This document shows positions 11,651 to 20,745 of a stretch of DNA of 64,000 nucleotides, one piece after another (position 1 is the first letter of the stretch; each line of letters opens with the position of its first letter). The notes below the pieces were generated by a model, which saw only the letters and a list, made by a program, of their open reading frames with translations, ran no database searches and was not told where the DNA came from. The position numbers were made by a program, and so were the translations under genes. This DNA is from Deltaproteobacteria bacterium (GTDB lineage: Bacteria; Myxococcota; Kuafuiibacteriia; Kuafuiibacteriales; Kuafuiibacteriaceae), in contig JAVJQW010000023.1 in the NCBI GenBank assembly GCA_040218735.1, positions 608,001 through 672,000 on the forward strand, given 5' to 3'.

Positions 11651-13086
11651 ACAGTTGGGAGCTCTACCGGCGCCGCGACGACGCGGGAGAGATCGAAGCG
11701 ATCGAGACGCTGCACGTCCACGACGACCTGCGCCGAGTCGCCCTCGTGGAGACGCGAACGCGCCGCGAGCGCGCGGTCGAAGCGACGCCCTCTCCGCGCA
11801 CCCGGTATCAGCTCGACGACCACCTCGGCAGCGCGACGCTCGAGGTGGACGCCTCCGCGCAGGCCCGGGTTCTGACCTACGAGGAGTACGGGCCCTACGG
11901 TGCCGTCACCTACCGCGCGACGCGAGGCGGCGTCGATCTGTCGCCGAAGCGCTACCGCTACACCACGAAGGAGCGGGACGAAGAGACCGGCCTCGACGAC
12001 TTCGGCCAACGCCTCTACGCGAGCTGGCTCGCGCGGTGGGTATCGGCGGATCCCGCGGGGCTCATGGACGGGACGAACGTCTACGCGTACGTACGAGGAT
12101 CGCCGATGAACCTCGTGGACCCGGATGGCCTGGAGGGCGACCTCCCGGTCACGGCCTACCCCGAGCCGCCCAAGGGCGAGGTCAGCGGCGACGGGATTCA
12201 CGTCTTCCCGCACCCCGCCGACGACGGGACGCTGATGTGGCTGAAGCGCGAGGGCGGTCAGACGACGGACGCCGCCACGTTTGCGTTCCTCAACGAGAAC
12301 TACAACGACATCCTCGCGCGGGTCGGCGGCGACGAAGACGTTGCGCGCCGGCTCACGGAGGCCGCGACGGCGTTCAACGACTACATCGAGAGCCGCCTCT
12401 ACGCAGGCGAGAACCCGGTCGACGCGCGGAAGCGCTGGCTCGACGTGAACCTCGCGGAGGCCGCGGTCCACGGGTTCTTCTTCGGCGGGGACCCATCGTC
12501 GCCGGACTACGACGACAGCCGCAGCCTGATCGCCCTGGGCTTCAACCTTCTGCCGACGGCGTTTGCCATGCTGGCCGGGATGCGGAGCCGGCCGCGCCGG
12601 TCGTCACGCCGATCGGCCCGCGTGGTGATGGAGCGTGCGTTCCGCACGAAGGAGGAGTCTCAGGCGCCGGACTCGCGCGGGCTGTTCAAGAACCTGATTC
12701 CGAAGGACAAACCGCAGAGGGTGGAGTTCCAGACCGCCCGAGTCGCCGACGACGGAACGGTCACGGGCTTGACGAAGGTCCCCGATCGCCCGGTCGAGTT
12801 CGTTCGAATGCCGGGCGGCGAGCTTCGAATGGGCCGAGGCGGACACATCGATCTGTCGAACGGCGACCCCGTGAAGTTCGCGGGGCTCATCGAGGTCCGC
12901 CGCCGAGCCGACGGTTCGGTGTACGTCCTGGACTGGAACAACGCATCCGGTCATTACCGACCGGGTGCGGCCTGGGCGCGCCAGGCTGGGCTCCTGATGA
13001 ACAAGTTCAACGATGCGTCGCGAGCCTTCGCGATGTTCCGCAACCCCAATGCGAAGGTCTACCGTCGTTCGCAGCTCGGGAGGTGA
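11650..13086 (+). CDS. Orphan Rhs core fragment with C-terminal toxin (H...AG...NxSGHYxP, Ntox43-like predicted RNase)
   Basis: YQLDDHLGS, YEEYGPYG, RYRYTTKERDEETG, PMNLVDPDG; tip GHIDLSNGDPVKFAG...WNNASGHYRP. The frame is Rhs-like from about 11650 (DSWELYRRR...ETLHVHDD), upstream of the tracked start at 11746. Confidence 0.85.
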   Translation, partial: DSWELYRRRDDAGEIEAIETLHVHDDLRRVALVETRTRRERAVEATPSPRTRYQLDDHLGSATLEVDASAQARVLTYEEYGPYGAVTYRATRGGVDLSPKRYRYTTKERDEETGLDDFGQRLYASWLARWVSADPAGLMDGTNVYAYVRGSPMNLVDPDGLEGDLPVTAYPEPPKGEVSGDGIHVFPHPADDGTLMWLKREGGQTTDAATFAFLNENYNDILARVGGDEDVARRLTEAATAFNDYIESRLYAGENPVDARKRWLDVNLAEAAVHGFFFGGDPSSPDYDDSRSLIALGFNLLPTAFAMLAGMRSRPRRSSRRSARVVMERAFRTKEESQAPDSRGLFKNLIPKDKPQRVEFQTARVADDGTVTGLTKVPDRPVEFVRMPGGELRMGRGGHIDLSNGDPVKFAGLIEVRRRADGSVYVLDWNNASGHYRPGAAWARQAGLLMNKFNDASRAFAMFRNPNAKVYRRSQLGR

Positions 13087-13487
13087 TGCAAATGGACGAG
13101 AACGAAGCCAAGCTGTTGGCGCGCGTGGCCGCTTGGGCCACGGCACAGTCCGGGCGCCCCGAGGCGCCCGAGGCGTTCCCGGACGAGATTCTCGAGCTCG
13201 CCACCGTCGCACGAGTGCGCTCGCTCCTGGGAATCGAGTTCGGCTACCTCCCGCGGATCGGTCTGCTCTTGCTGTTCGAGCACCTCAAGCCCCCGTACGC
13301 CGAGCTCCGCGACGCCTTTCACGAGGGGCTACGACGGGGGGACGTCAGCGCCATCAAACACGACATTCGCATCCTCGGGCCACACATCCAGCGCCGTGAT
13401 ATCGAGCGGATCCTGGAGGACATCGCGGCGACCGATAACGATCACGCGGACGGCATCGTCTACTGGCTGAACCGGACCCCGCTGTAG
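13086..13487 (+). CDS. Putative immunity protein of the Ntox43-like toxin
   Basis: 133-aa ORF (MQMDENEAKLLARV...) whose ATG overlaps the toxin stop (TGATG). Confidence 0.7.
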   Translation: MQMDENEAKLLARVAAWATAQSGRPEAPEAFPDEILELATVARVRSLLGIEFGYLPRIGLLLLFEHLKPPYAELRDAFHEGLRRGDVSAIKHDIRILGPHIQRRDIERILEDIAATDNDHADGIVYWLNRTPL

Positions 13488-13739
13488 TCCGCCGCGTGAC
13501 TGCCTACGCGACGAGCTCGTCGTGTCAGAGCCCGCAAGGTTGTTCGGCGCGTAGCGCGGGAGCGGGCGCTGGGCGTACCTCGATGACCACGTCGGCGCCC
13601 TCCAACTTGCTACCCGCTGGCGTGGTAGGTCAGCGACGCGACCGGCGGGCCTTGAATCTGTGTCTTCGAGGTCGGCCGGGGGGCGAAGTCGGGCCCGAGG
13701 CCCTCACGGGCCCCCGCCGGCCGCCGCATCACGTCCGGC

Positions 13740-14045
13740 CCGCAAGCTAGCTTGCAAGCTTGTGACACATTTGTGCCAGACACCCGCGTATCCATGAGAC
13801 AGATGGCACGCATGACACGGTCTACGCGCCGAGCCGGGAGTCGATCGAACGTCGCCGAAACGAAAGGGCCCCGCGGACCTGCGCGGGATCAGAGGGGGTC
13901 GCCACCCGAATGGGCCCTGTGGGAATCGAACCCACGACCTTGGGATTAAAAATACTCGCGAGGATCGACGTAAGCATACGGAGTATATGGAGTTGTGACT
14001 TTGAACGGGCGGCGCCTGTGGCAAATGTGTACCGAGCTTCGGGCC
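13740..14045. repeat. attP-like junction B with 43-bp tRNA-Lys core (13911-13953)
   Basis: Exact copy of 32068-32110; arm motifs TGTGACACATTTGTGCCAGACA (13761) and TGTGGCAAATGTGTACCGAG (14017). Confidence 0.9.
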
Positions 14046-14130
14046 GACGGGCTTCGATCGGTCCCGCCCACCGTCCGCACTGTGCAGAGCGCATGGGCGC
14101 GTCCGCGTCCGGTTGGTTTTCGGACGAAGT

Positions 14131-14520
14131 TCGATAATCGGACGTTGGCGGACGCCACGGTCCTTACGCACACGACCGCACGCCCGGCACGGCGCTCGCG
14201 TCCGACGGACCGGTGTCCATCGCATGTACCGCCTACGTCCCAGGGACGAATCCAGCCGACGCCCTCGACCGGACCACCGGGTTCCCTGAGCCGCCAACTC
14301 GAGTTGCCGCTCGCTGGCTGATCCCCAAACGGCCTCGCACCATTCTTCAACGTGTCATCGCGTTCATGGACACGTGCGTTCAGCTCCTCCCAACGCGCCA
14401 GCCACAGACTCAACAACAGCCTCAACCGAGAAGGCGTGGCACGCCTTTGGTCGGGATCCATGCCGCCCACCGTCCCCCGCGCCATAGGAATCCGCGGATC
14501 TGCGCTTGAACGCCATATCC
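14131..14520 (+). mobile_element. Internally deleted ISCR/IS91-like element (MITE-like)
   Basis: 5' part matches 20746/25131 and is fused at about 14240 (CAGG microhomology) to the 3' part matching 22184-22468; ends in oriIS-like TGCGCTTGAACGCCATATCC. Confidence 0.85.
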
Positions 14521-14656
14521 GGCCTGAGAGCCCCTCTTGTCCTTCCTATTCCCTTGAGTTTTAGACCATGATTGTATCAAGTATCATCGCGCGTTGGTCG
14601 CGCTGTTAGACTTCTGATTTCTAAAGCCACGCGAGCCCCTATCCTTTCCTCCATGC

Positions 14657-16651
14657 TTGAAGGCAATTGTCGTGCGACTCGAAAGTATCACGCTATCAGG
14701 CTTCCGTTGCTTCGGACCGGAGGCAATCACAATCCCTGTCAGCGCCGAGATCACGACCATTGTCGGCCCCAACGCGGCCGGCAAGACTGCACTGCTCCAG
14801 GCGCTCGCCAAGCTGTTCGGGGTCAGCCGGGCACAGCGCACCATTCATCGGTCGGATTTTCACATCGCCGTTGACGATGACCCAGACGATCGTGAGGCCA
14901 AGAACCTCGTCATCGACGTGCTCGTCGCGTTGCCCGAGCTCAAGGGCGGAACGGCAACGCCCGAAAGCGTTGCACCGTCGTTTCGGCATATGCTGATCGT
15001 GCGCAAAAACAAGGCGCCGGTCTGCCGTCTGCGCCTTGAGGCGCGATGGGAGGACGATGGAACCGTTGAGGGCGAGGTCTCGCAGGAACTTTTCTGGGTC
15101 GACACGCTCGACGATGATCCGAAGGACGACAAGAAGCATGCCACCGCCGCCGCCGATCGCGGCTTGATCCAACTCTACTACACGCCGGCGAACCGCGATG
15201 CTGGCGCACAGGTTCGAGCGACGGCCGGCGCCTTGGCCGCGCGCTTACTCCGCGCGATCGAATGGTCCGACGAGGCCCGCGAGAGCGTCGAGGAAGCGAC
15301 CGAGAGTCTCTCGGACGCCTTCGAGGGAGAAGCTGCGATCACGGCGATTGGCAAGGCGTTGCAGAAGCGCTGGGCGACGCTTCATGACGAGACGGTCGAC
15401 ACCAAACCGCGCTTGAGCCTGGTCAGCCGGCGGTTCGAGGAAGTGGTGAGCAAGATCGCCGTTATCTTCGAACAGGGCCCGGACGGGCGCGAGCGCGGAC
15501 TCGACGCACTCAGTGATGGCCAGCAATCCTTGTTCTACTTCGCTTTGGTCGCCGCCGTGTTCGACATGGAGCGGCAGGTCGCGACAGGTAAGGTAGACGG
15601 GTTCGACAAGGATCACTTGCGTATTCCGGCGTTGTCGGTCTTCGCGCTTGAGGAGCCGGAAAACCACCTGTCGCCATATTTCCTCGCGCGCATCGTTCGC
15701 CAGGTTCGCTCGCTCACTGCGGGGGGCAGCGCGCAGGCGCTCGTCACCAGCCATTCGCCGGCGGTGCTTAGCCGAGTTAAACCAGTCGAGGTGCGCTATT
15801 GCCGGTGTGACCCCGAAACCCGCGAATCCTCGGTCAAGAAGATCAAGCTTCCGACTAACAGGAGCGAGGAAGGCAAGTTCGTTCGCGGCGCGATGATGGC
15901 TTTCCCAGAGCTCTATTTCGCGCGCTTCGTATTGTTGGTCGAAGGCGATTCCGAGCGCGTCGTGCTCCCGCGTCTTGCCGAAGCGCTTGATCTACTGATC
16001 GACCCGGCGTTTGTCGCGATCGTCCCGCTCGGAGGTCGTCACGTCCAGCATTTCTGGCGCCTGCTGTCGCAACTCGACGTTCCCTACGCGACCTTGCTCG
16101 ACCTTGACCTCGGGCGGGCAGGAGGCGGCTTCGGGCGCATCAAGACCGCGATTGAAAAGCTGATCGACATGGGCGCCTCTAAGGCTGAGTTGCTCAACAC
16201 CGACAAAGGTATGTTGACCGATGCGGAGTTTGCAGCCATGCACACTTGGCAGGATGCGAAGAATCGCGAGCTCTTGAGCGGGTGGATCGACTGCCTCAAG
16301 GAACACGGCGTGTACTTTTCGGAGCCGCTCGATCTCGACCTGGCGATGCTCGCCGCCTTCGCCTCCGCCTACGAGGCGGTCATTCCTAAAGGCGGTGGCC
16401 CGAAAAACTCCAAGAAAGCCGCAGAGGCTGTGCTCGGAACCTCGGGGCCGGGAACAACGCTCTATTTGGGCCCATACAAGGATTACCCGCAGCTCTTTTC
16501 GGCCTATCGCTATCATTTCCTGACGCATAGCAAGCCCGTGACACATCTGGCGGCGCTCACGAAGATCAAGGACGGCGAGTTGAAGGCGAACATGCCGCGG
16601 GTGTTGGCGGAGGTTCTCGCTCATATCACGAAGCACCTCAGGCGGGATTGA
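14657..16651 (+). CDS. gajA: OLD-family ABC-ATPase/TOPRIM nuclease (Gabija GajA-like)
   Basis: GPNAAGKT Walker A, LSDGQ, LEEPENHL, TSHSP; TOPRIM VLLVEGDSE and LLDLD; coupled to a UvrD helicase. Start may be GTG 14672. Confidence 0.85.
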   Translation: MKAIVVRLESITLSGFRCFGPEAITIPVSAEITTIVGPNAAGKTALLQALAKLFGVSRAQRTIHRSDFHIAVDDDPDDREAKNLVIDVLVALPELKGGTATPESVAPSFRHMLIVRKNKAPVCRLRLEARWEDDGTVEGEVSQELFWVDTLDDDPKDDKKHATAAADRGLIQLYYTPANRDAGAQVRATAGALAARLLRAIEWSDEARESVEEATESLSDAFEGEAAITAIGKALQKRWATLHDETVDTKPRLSLVSRRFEEVVSKIAVIFEQGPDGRERGLDALSDGQQSLFYFALVAAVFDMERQVATGKVDGFDKDHLRIPALSVFALEEPENHLSPYFLARIVRQVRSLTAGGSAQALVTSHSPAVLSRVKPVEVRYCRCDPETRESSVKKIKLPTNRSEEGKFVRGAMMAFPELYFARFVLLVEGDSERVVLPRLAEALDLLIDPAFVAIVPLGGRHVQHFWRLLSQLDVPYATLLDLDLGRAGGGFGRIKTAIEKLIDMGASKAELLNTDKGMLTDAEFAAMHTWQDAKNRELLSGWIDCLKEHGVYFSEPLDLDLAMLAAFASAYEAVIPKGGGPKNSKKAAEAVLGTSGPGTTLYLGPYKDYPQLFSAYRYHFLTHSKPVTHLAALTKIKDGELKANMPRVLAEVLAHITKHLRRD

Positions 16652-18558
16652 CGATGGGCGTTCTGGCGCGTCGGGTGCGACCCGAAGACTGGACGCCGGT
16701 CGGCGTAGACGAACTTGAGTCGAACGCGATGACAGTGGTGCGTTCGACCGAGAACCGGTCGGTCATCGCTGGTCCTGGTGCCGGCAAAACCGAGCTGCTG
16801 GCACAGCGCGCCGCGTATCTTCTCCGCACCGGAGCGTCGCTGGCGCCGCAACGGATCCTCGCCATCAGCTTCAAGCGGGACGCCGCGTCGAATCTGGGTG
16901 CGCGCGTGCGCAAGCGCTGTCATCGCCAGCACGCAGGCCGTTTCGATTCGATGACCTTCGATGCCTTCGCAAAGGGCTTGCTCGATCGCTTCGGGCAGGC
17001 CCTGCCGGAACAATGGCGTCCATCGCCAGACTATGAGATTTACTTCCCGACCGAGCGCGGCTACCGCGATTATCTTCAGCACACGCTTGGCGCTCCACCA
17101 AAGTGCGTCGGGACCTATGCCGATATTGTGACGCTGACTGTTGAGCGCTTCGAGCGGCGTTACCTTTTCGGGTCGCCCTTGCCGGTCGAGGGCTGGTCCG
17201 AGCCGTCGCCTGGGGAGTGGGCGGCCGACCAGTATTGGCAGTCGTCACTGCGCGGCGGCAAGAGAAGCCGTCTCTCCTTCCCCATGATAGGTCGTCTCGC
17301 CGAACTGCTGCTACGCCTCACTCCGATGGCGCGCGACGCGCTGCGTCTGACCTACTCACATCTGTTCATGGACGAGTTTCAGGATACGACGCAGGTTCAA
17401 TACGATCTGATGCGCGCGATATTTAATAGCGGCGACACGGTCATGACGGCCGTCGGCGACAATAAGCAACAGATCATGCGTTGGGCGATGGCGATGGACG
17501 ATCCGTTCGCGGCATTCGAAGCGGACTTCAAGGCAGTGCGCACGCCGCTCTTCAACAATTACCGCTCCTCGCCGGAACTTGTCCGCATCCAGCATATCCT
17601 GGCGCAAGCGCTGGATGCGAAGTCGGTGAAGCCGGTTTCAAAGAGCGCCGGCACGATCGCCGGTGACAGCTGCGCGATCTGGGATTTTTCATCGCCCGAA
17701 ACCGAGGCTCAGAAACTCGCCGAGTTTGTCGCGTCGGAGATGAAGGCGCACGAACTCGTTCCACGCGATTTCGTGCTACTCGCTCGCCAGAAGGCAGCCG
17801 ATTATGCGGCTGTACTCCAACCTGCTTTCGCGGCCGCAGGCATCCCACTGCGCAACGAGGCCGGTCAGGTTGGTGCGATCATGCTTCAGGATCTGCTCGC
17901 GGAGGAAGCATCCGCGCTCATCATGTGCGTGCTGCGGCTGGCGATGACGGTGCGCGCCGGTCGGCATTGGACGGAGTGTCGGGAAGCACTCGGCGCTCTG
18001 CGTGGCATCGGGCCGGACGACGAAGTCGCGCAAGGCCGCCTCGCACGCGAGTTGGATGTTTATGCCAGGCGTCTGAAATCAGATTATGTGATTGCGCCCG
18101 CCACCGAGCCGACTGCGCGCAAGCTCATTGACGACGTGCTTGAATTCATCGGCCGCGCCAGGCTTGTCGCCGCGCACCCAGCTTATGGGCAGGGAGATTG
18201 GCTGGAGAAAGTACTGGCTTCGGCGGCGGCGCATCTTGCTCAGTCAGCATCCGGCACGAAGGACTGGACCGCGACGCTTGATTTCTATGAGGGATTTCAT
18301 GCGATTCCGCTGATGACAATCCATAAAAGCAAGGGGCTTGAGTACCATACGGTGATCTTCGTCGGGCTCGACGATGGCGCCTGGTGGAGCTTTTCGGCCG
18401 ACCAGGTGGAGGCAACGGCCGGGTTCTTCGTTGCCTTCACGCGAGCCAAACAGCGAGTCGTCTTCACATACTGCGCGCGACGCGGAATGCGCACGAAGAT
18501 CGCCACTCTCTACGACATGCTTGCTCAAGCCGGTGTGCAGAACTTCTGGATTAGTTGA
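16648..18558 (+). CDS. gajB: UvrD-like SF1 helicase (Gabija GajB-like)
   Basis: AGPGAGKT, MDEFQDT, VGDNKQ, NYRS, MTIHKSKGLEY, VAFTRAK; overlaps the gajA stop. Confidence 0.85.
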   Translation: MTMGVLARRVRPEDWTPVGVDELESNAMTVVRSTENRSVIAGPGAGKTELLAQRAAYLLRTGASLAPQRILAISFKRDAASNLGARVRKRCHRQHAGRFDSMTFDAFAKGLLDRFGQALPEQWRPSPDYEIYFPTERGYRDYLQHTLGAPPKCVGTYADIVTLTVERFERRYLFGSPLPVEGWSEPSPGEWAADQYWQSSLRGGKRSRLSFPMIGRLAELLLRLTPMARDALRLTYSHLFMDEFQDTTQVQYDLMRAIFNSGDTVMTAVGDNKQQIMRWAMAMDDPFAAFEADFKAVRTPLFNNYRSSPELVRIQHILAQALDAKSVKPVSKSAGTIAGDSCAIWDFSSPETEAQKLAEFVASEMKAHELVPRDFVLLARQKAADYAAVLQPAFAAAGIPLRNEAGQVGAIMLQDLLAEEASALIMCVLRLAMTVRAGRHWTECREALGALRGIGPDDEVAQGRLARELDVYARRLKSDYVIAPATEPTARKLIDDVLEFIGRARLVAAHPAYGQGDWLEKVLASAAAHLAQSASGTKDWTATLDFYEGFHAIPLMTIHKSKGLEYHTVIFVGLDDGAWWSFSADQVEATAGFFVAFTRAKQRVVFTYCARRGMRTKIATLYDMLAQAGVQNFWIS

Positions 18559-18688
18559 CGAGGAATCAATAGGAAGAGCAAACAGGCCTGCTCGAGTCGC
18601 CGCTGTGTCAGCGTAGATGCGCCTCGACCTGACCCCGAACCTGGGGGTGAGCGAGGCTTAAAGAAGGGGCGATCACTGGATGGTACCC

Positions 18689-18797
18689 CCGACCGAGCAG
18701 GCGCGGCACGCCCTCGGTCGGGATCCATGCCGACCCCGTGTGCGGCTCCACCCGGGTCCCAGAGGCAACTGCGGAGTTGCGCTTGAGCGTCCTATCC
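18689..18797 (+). mobile_element. Solo oriIS-like end of the ISCR/IS91-like element
   Basis: Resembles 26684-26794: CCGACCGA..TCGGTCGG hairpin, GGATCC, CCCAGAGGCA, TGCGCTTGAGCGTCCTATCC. Confidence 0.7.
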
Positions 18798-18849
18798 AGC
18801 CTATCCCGCTTGACGACGACCTGCGGGTGGGCACGCTGTGGCGCCTCCC

Positions 18850-19953
18850 ATGAGCGCCGACCTCGTCATTCCCTCCGACCTACTCCGACCGATCTACGAC
18901 CTCCTGAGAGTCATGCCGGGCACGGGCGGGATTCTCCGCGACCTTGGTGAGTTTCACCTCGTCCTCGATACGAACGTTTTGCTCGCTGACATTCGTTGGA
19001 TGATCCAGAAGGCTCGGAGCCCGGGCGTTCGGACCGCCCTCCTCGAGACACTCGAGTCGGGCACAACCGTGGGGTACTTTCCGGAGGAGGGGCTCGCGGA
19101 GATGAGCGCAAAGCTCGACGCGTTCTCCCAGCGCTACGCCATTCCGCGCGGCGACCTCGAAACAACGTGGCGGCGCTACCGGCTCCGCCTCCGCGTCCTG
19201 GCCACCACGGACGTGCCGCGGGCGCGCTATTTCGTCGCAAGCGCCCTCCGGGATCCGACGGACCTTCCGTTCGTGCTCCTCCATGCGTCCACCGGAACCG
19301 ACGCCGTCTGCAGCCGCGACAAGGACATACCGGCGGCCGGCGTCCCTACCGTCGATCCCCAGATCCTCGATCGAATTCGGCAGCTCGCACGCCACCAAGC
19401 GCCGCGCGCAGCGTTCGTGATCGTTGGCGCCTCCGTCGTCGTCGTCCCCGTCGCGTCGCTCCTCGCGGTCGGAGTCGGCACCGTCGATCTGTTCCGCCGC
19501 GCGCCCCGTTGGGCTCAGGTCCTGATCGGCGCGGGCGCGCTGACCTCGGTCGCGTACCCGCGGTCGCGGCGGTACCTCGCGCGAAACGTCCGGCAGGCCG
19601 CTTCGAAGTTGATTGAACTCGCGAGCGAAGCCGCTCCCATCCTCGTCGTGCTCCAGCAACACGCGGAGGATGGCCGTCACTCCGCCGCCTCCGTGAAGGC
19701 GGACATCGAAGCGACCGGTAACTTCGACGCACCCACGTCATCCGCCGCCGCCTTCAGAATCTGCGCGCGACGCGACACGCCTCTGACGCTCGAGCAAATC
19801 TCGCTCGACCTCGCCATAGAAGGCCTGGTCCACGAAGATCGCGAGGCCCTCGCACGTGCCCTGCACGAACACCCGCACCTGGAACGCCTCGCCGATGGCC
19901 GCTGGCGCAAGCGCGCCGCACGGGCTCCAGCTTCGTCGGCGCCCGCGCCGTGA
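18850..19953 (+). CDS. PIN-domain ribonuclease with hydrophobic segments and possible C-terminal winged HTH
   Basis: LVLDTNVL, RDPTDLPFV and SRDKD PIN acidic motifs; hydrophobic AAFVIVGASVVVVPVASLLAVGVG and WAQVLIGAGALTSVAY; tail PLTLEQI...LERLADGRW. Confidence 0.75.
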   Translation: MSADLVIPSDLLRPIYDLLRVMPGTGGILRDLGEFHLVLDTNVLLADIRWMIQKARSPGVRTALLETLESGTTVGYFPEEGLAEMSAKLDAFSQRYAIPRGDLETTWRRYRLRLRVLATTDVPRARYFVASALRDPTDLPFVLLHASTGTDAVCSRDKDIPAAGVPTVDPQILDRIRQLARHQAPRAAFVIVGASVVVVPVASLLAVGVGTVDLFRRAPRWAQVLIGAGALTSVAYPRSRRYLARNVRQAASKLIELASEAAPILVVLQQHAEDGRHSAASVKADIEATGNFDAPTSSAAAFRICARRDTPLTLEQISLDLAIEGLVHEDREALARALHEHPHLERLADGRWRKRAARAPASSAPAP

Positions 19954-20401
19954 AGTACGCTCCCGTCGCTCCTTCATGGAGACGAAGGAGGGCGACTCGA
20001 ACACCTCGGTACGTCGGCGCGTACGGGCGGAGGTGGAAGACCGGCGGTCCCGCGTCGAGGGCTTCTTCTGGTACCGCGGATGGCCGGACCCCGACGAGCT
20101 CGTCGACACGACGTTCGATCGCGCCGGGGGCCAAAGCTGGCCGCCGGTACGGAGCTCACGAGCGACGTACCTCGATACGCGCTCGGCGTCGCGTGTCGTC
20201 CACCTCGAAACAAACCACGGCGCGCGCCCAGAACGGACGTGCGCTTCGGACCGTGCAGACGCCACCGGACAAAACCGCGGAGCGCCTCGAACACGAGAAA
20301 CGACTGGCCGTGCTCGAGGGCTGCGTAATCGCAGTCGTCGACCGGATCTGCGCTCTCTGTGAGCCCCAGAACAGGGTCTCGTGCGAGCCCAGAAGTAGGA
20401 C

Positions 20402-20745
20402 TCAACGGCTCCAGAGAGACGAATGAGACCGATGGCACCGTCGCGCAACCGAGCTTGCAAAGACCGAAAGACGAAAAGGTCCCGCGAAGCTGCGCGGGAT
20501 CGAGGCGGTCGCCACCCAATGGGCCCTGTGGGAATCGAACCCACGACCTTGGGATTAAAAATACTCGCGAGGATCGACGTAAGCAGCCGGAACGTATTCG
20601 GTTGTGGCTCGGAACGGGCGGCGTCGGTGGCAAATGTGTACCGAGCTTCGGACCGATGCGCTCGGATCGATCCGACCCATCGTCAGCACTGTGCAGAACG
20701 CACGTCCGCGTCCGCGTCCGCGTCCGCGTGGTTTTCGGACGAAGT
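20402..20745. repeat. attP-like junction C with 43-bp tRNA-Lys core (20520-20562)
   Basis: Left arm 20402-20519 is near-identical to 31949-32067; right side matches 13954-14130, including a GTCCGC repeat (about 4 copies here, about 2 at 14101). Confidence 0.9.

Larger units (their letters stand above)
7702..13910. mobile_element. Integrase-less tRNA-Lys island unit 3 (Rhs toxin/immunity cargo)
   Basis: Bounded by direct copies of the tRNA 3' core, with arm motifs at both ends; no recombinase ORF inside. Confidence 0.75.
13954..20519. mobile_element. Integrase-less tRNA-Lys island unit 2 (Gabija + PIN cargo)
   Basis: Bounded by tRNA cores at 13911 and 20520; both ends are homologous to the ends of unit 1. 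Confidence 0.8.

Noticed and set aside
19950-20400. Possible ORFs between the PIN gene and junction C
   Set aside because: No frame gives a recognisable or consistent protein; probably decayed sequence
7666-20562. Three extra tRNA-Lys genes, or a CRISPR-like repeat array
   Set aside because: Only the 3' 36-43 nt are present (no D arm or 5' acceptor strand); spacing is kilobases and no cas genes are seen, so they are att cores
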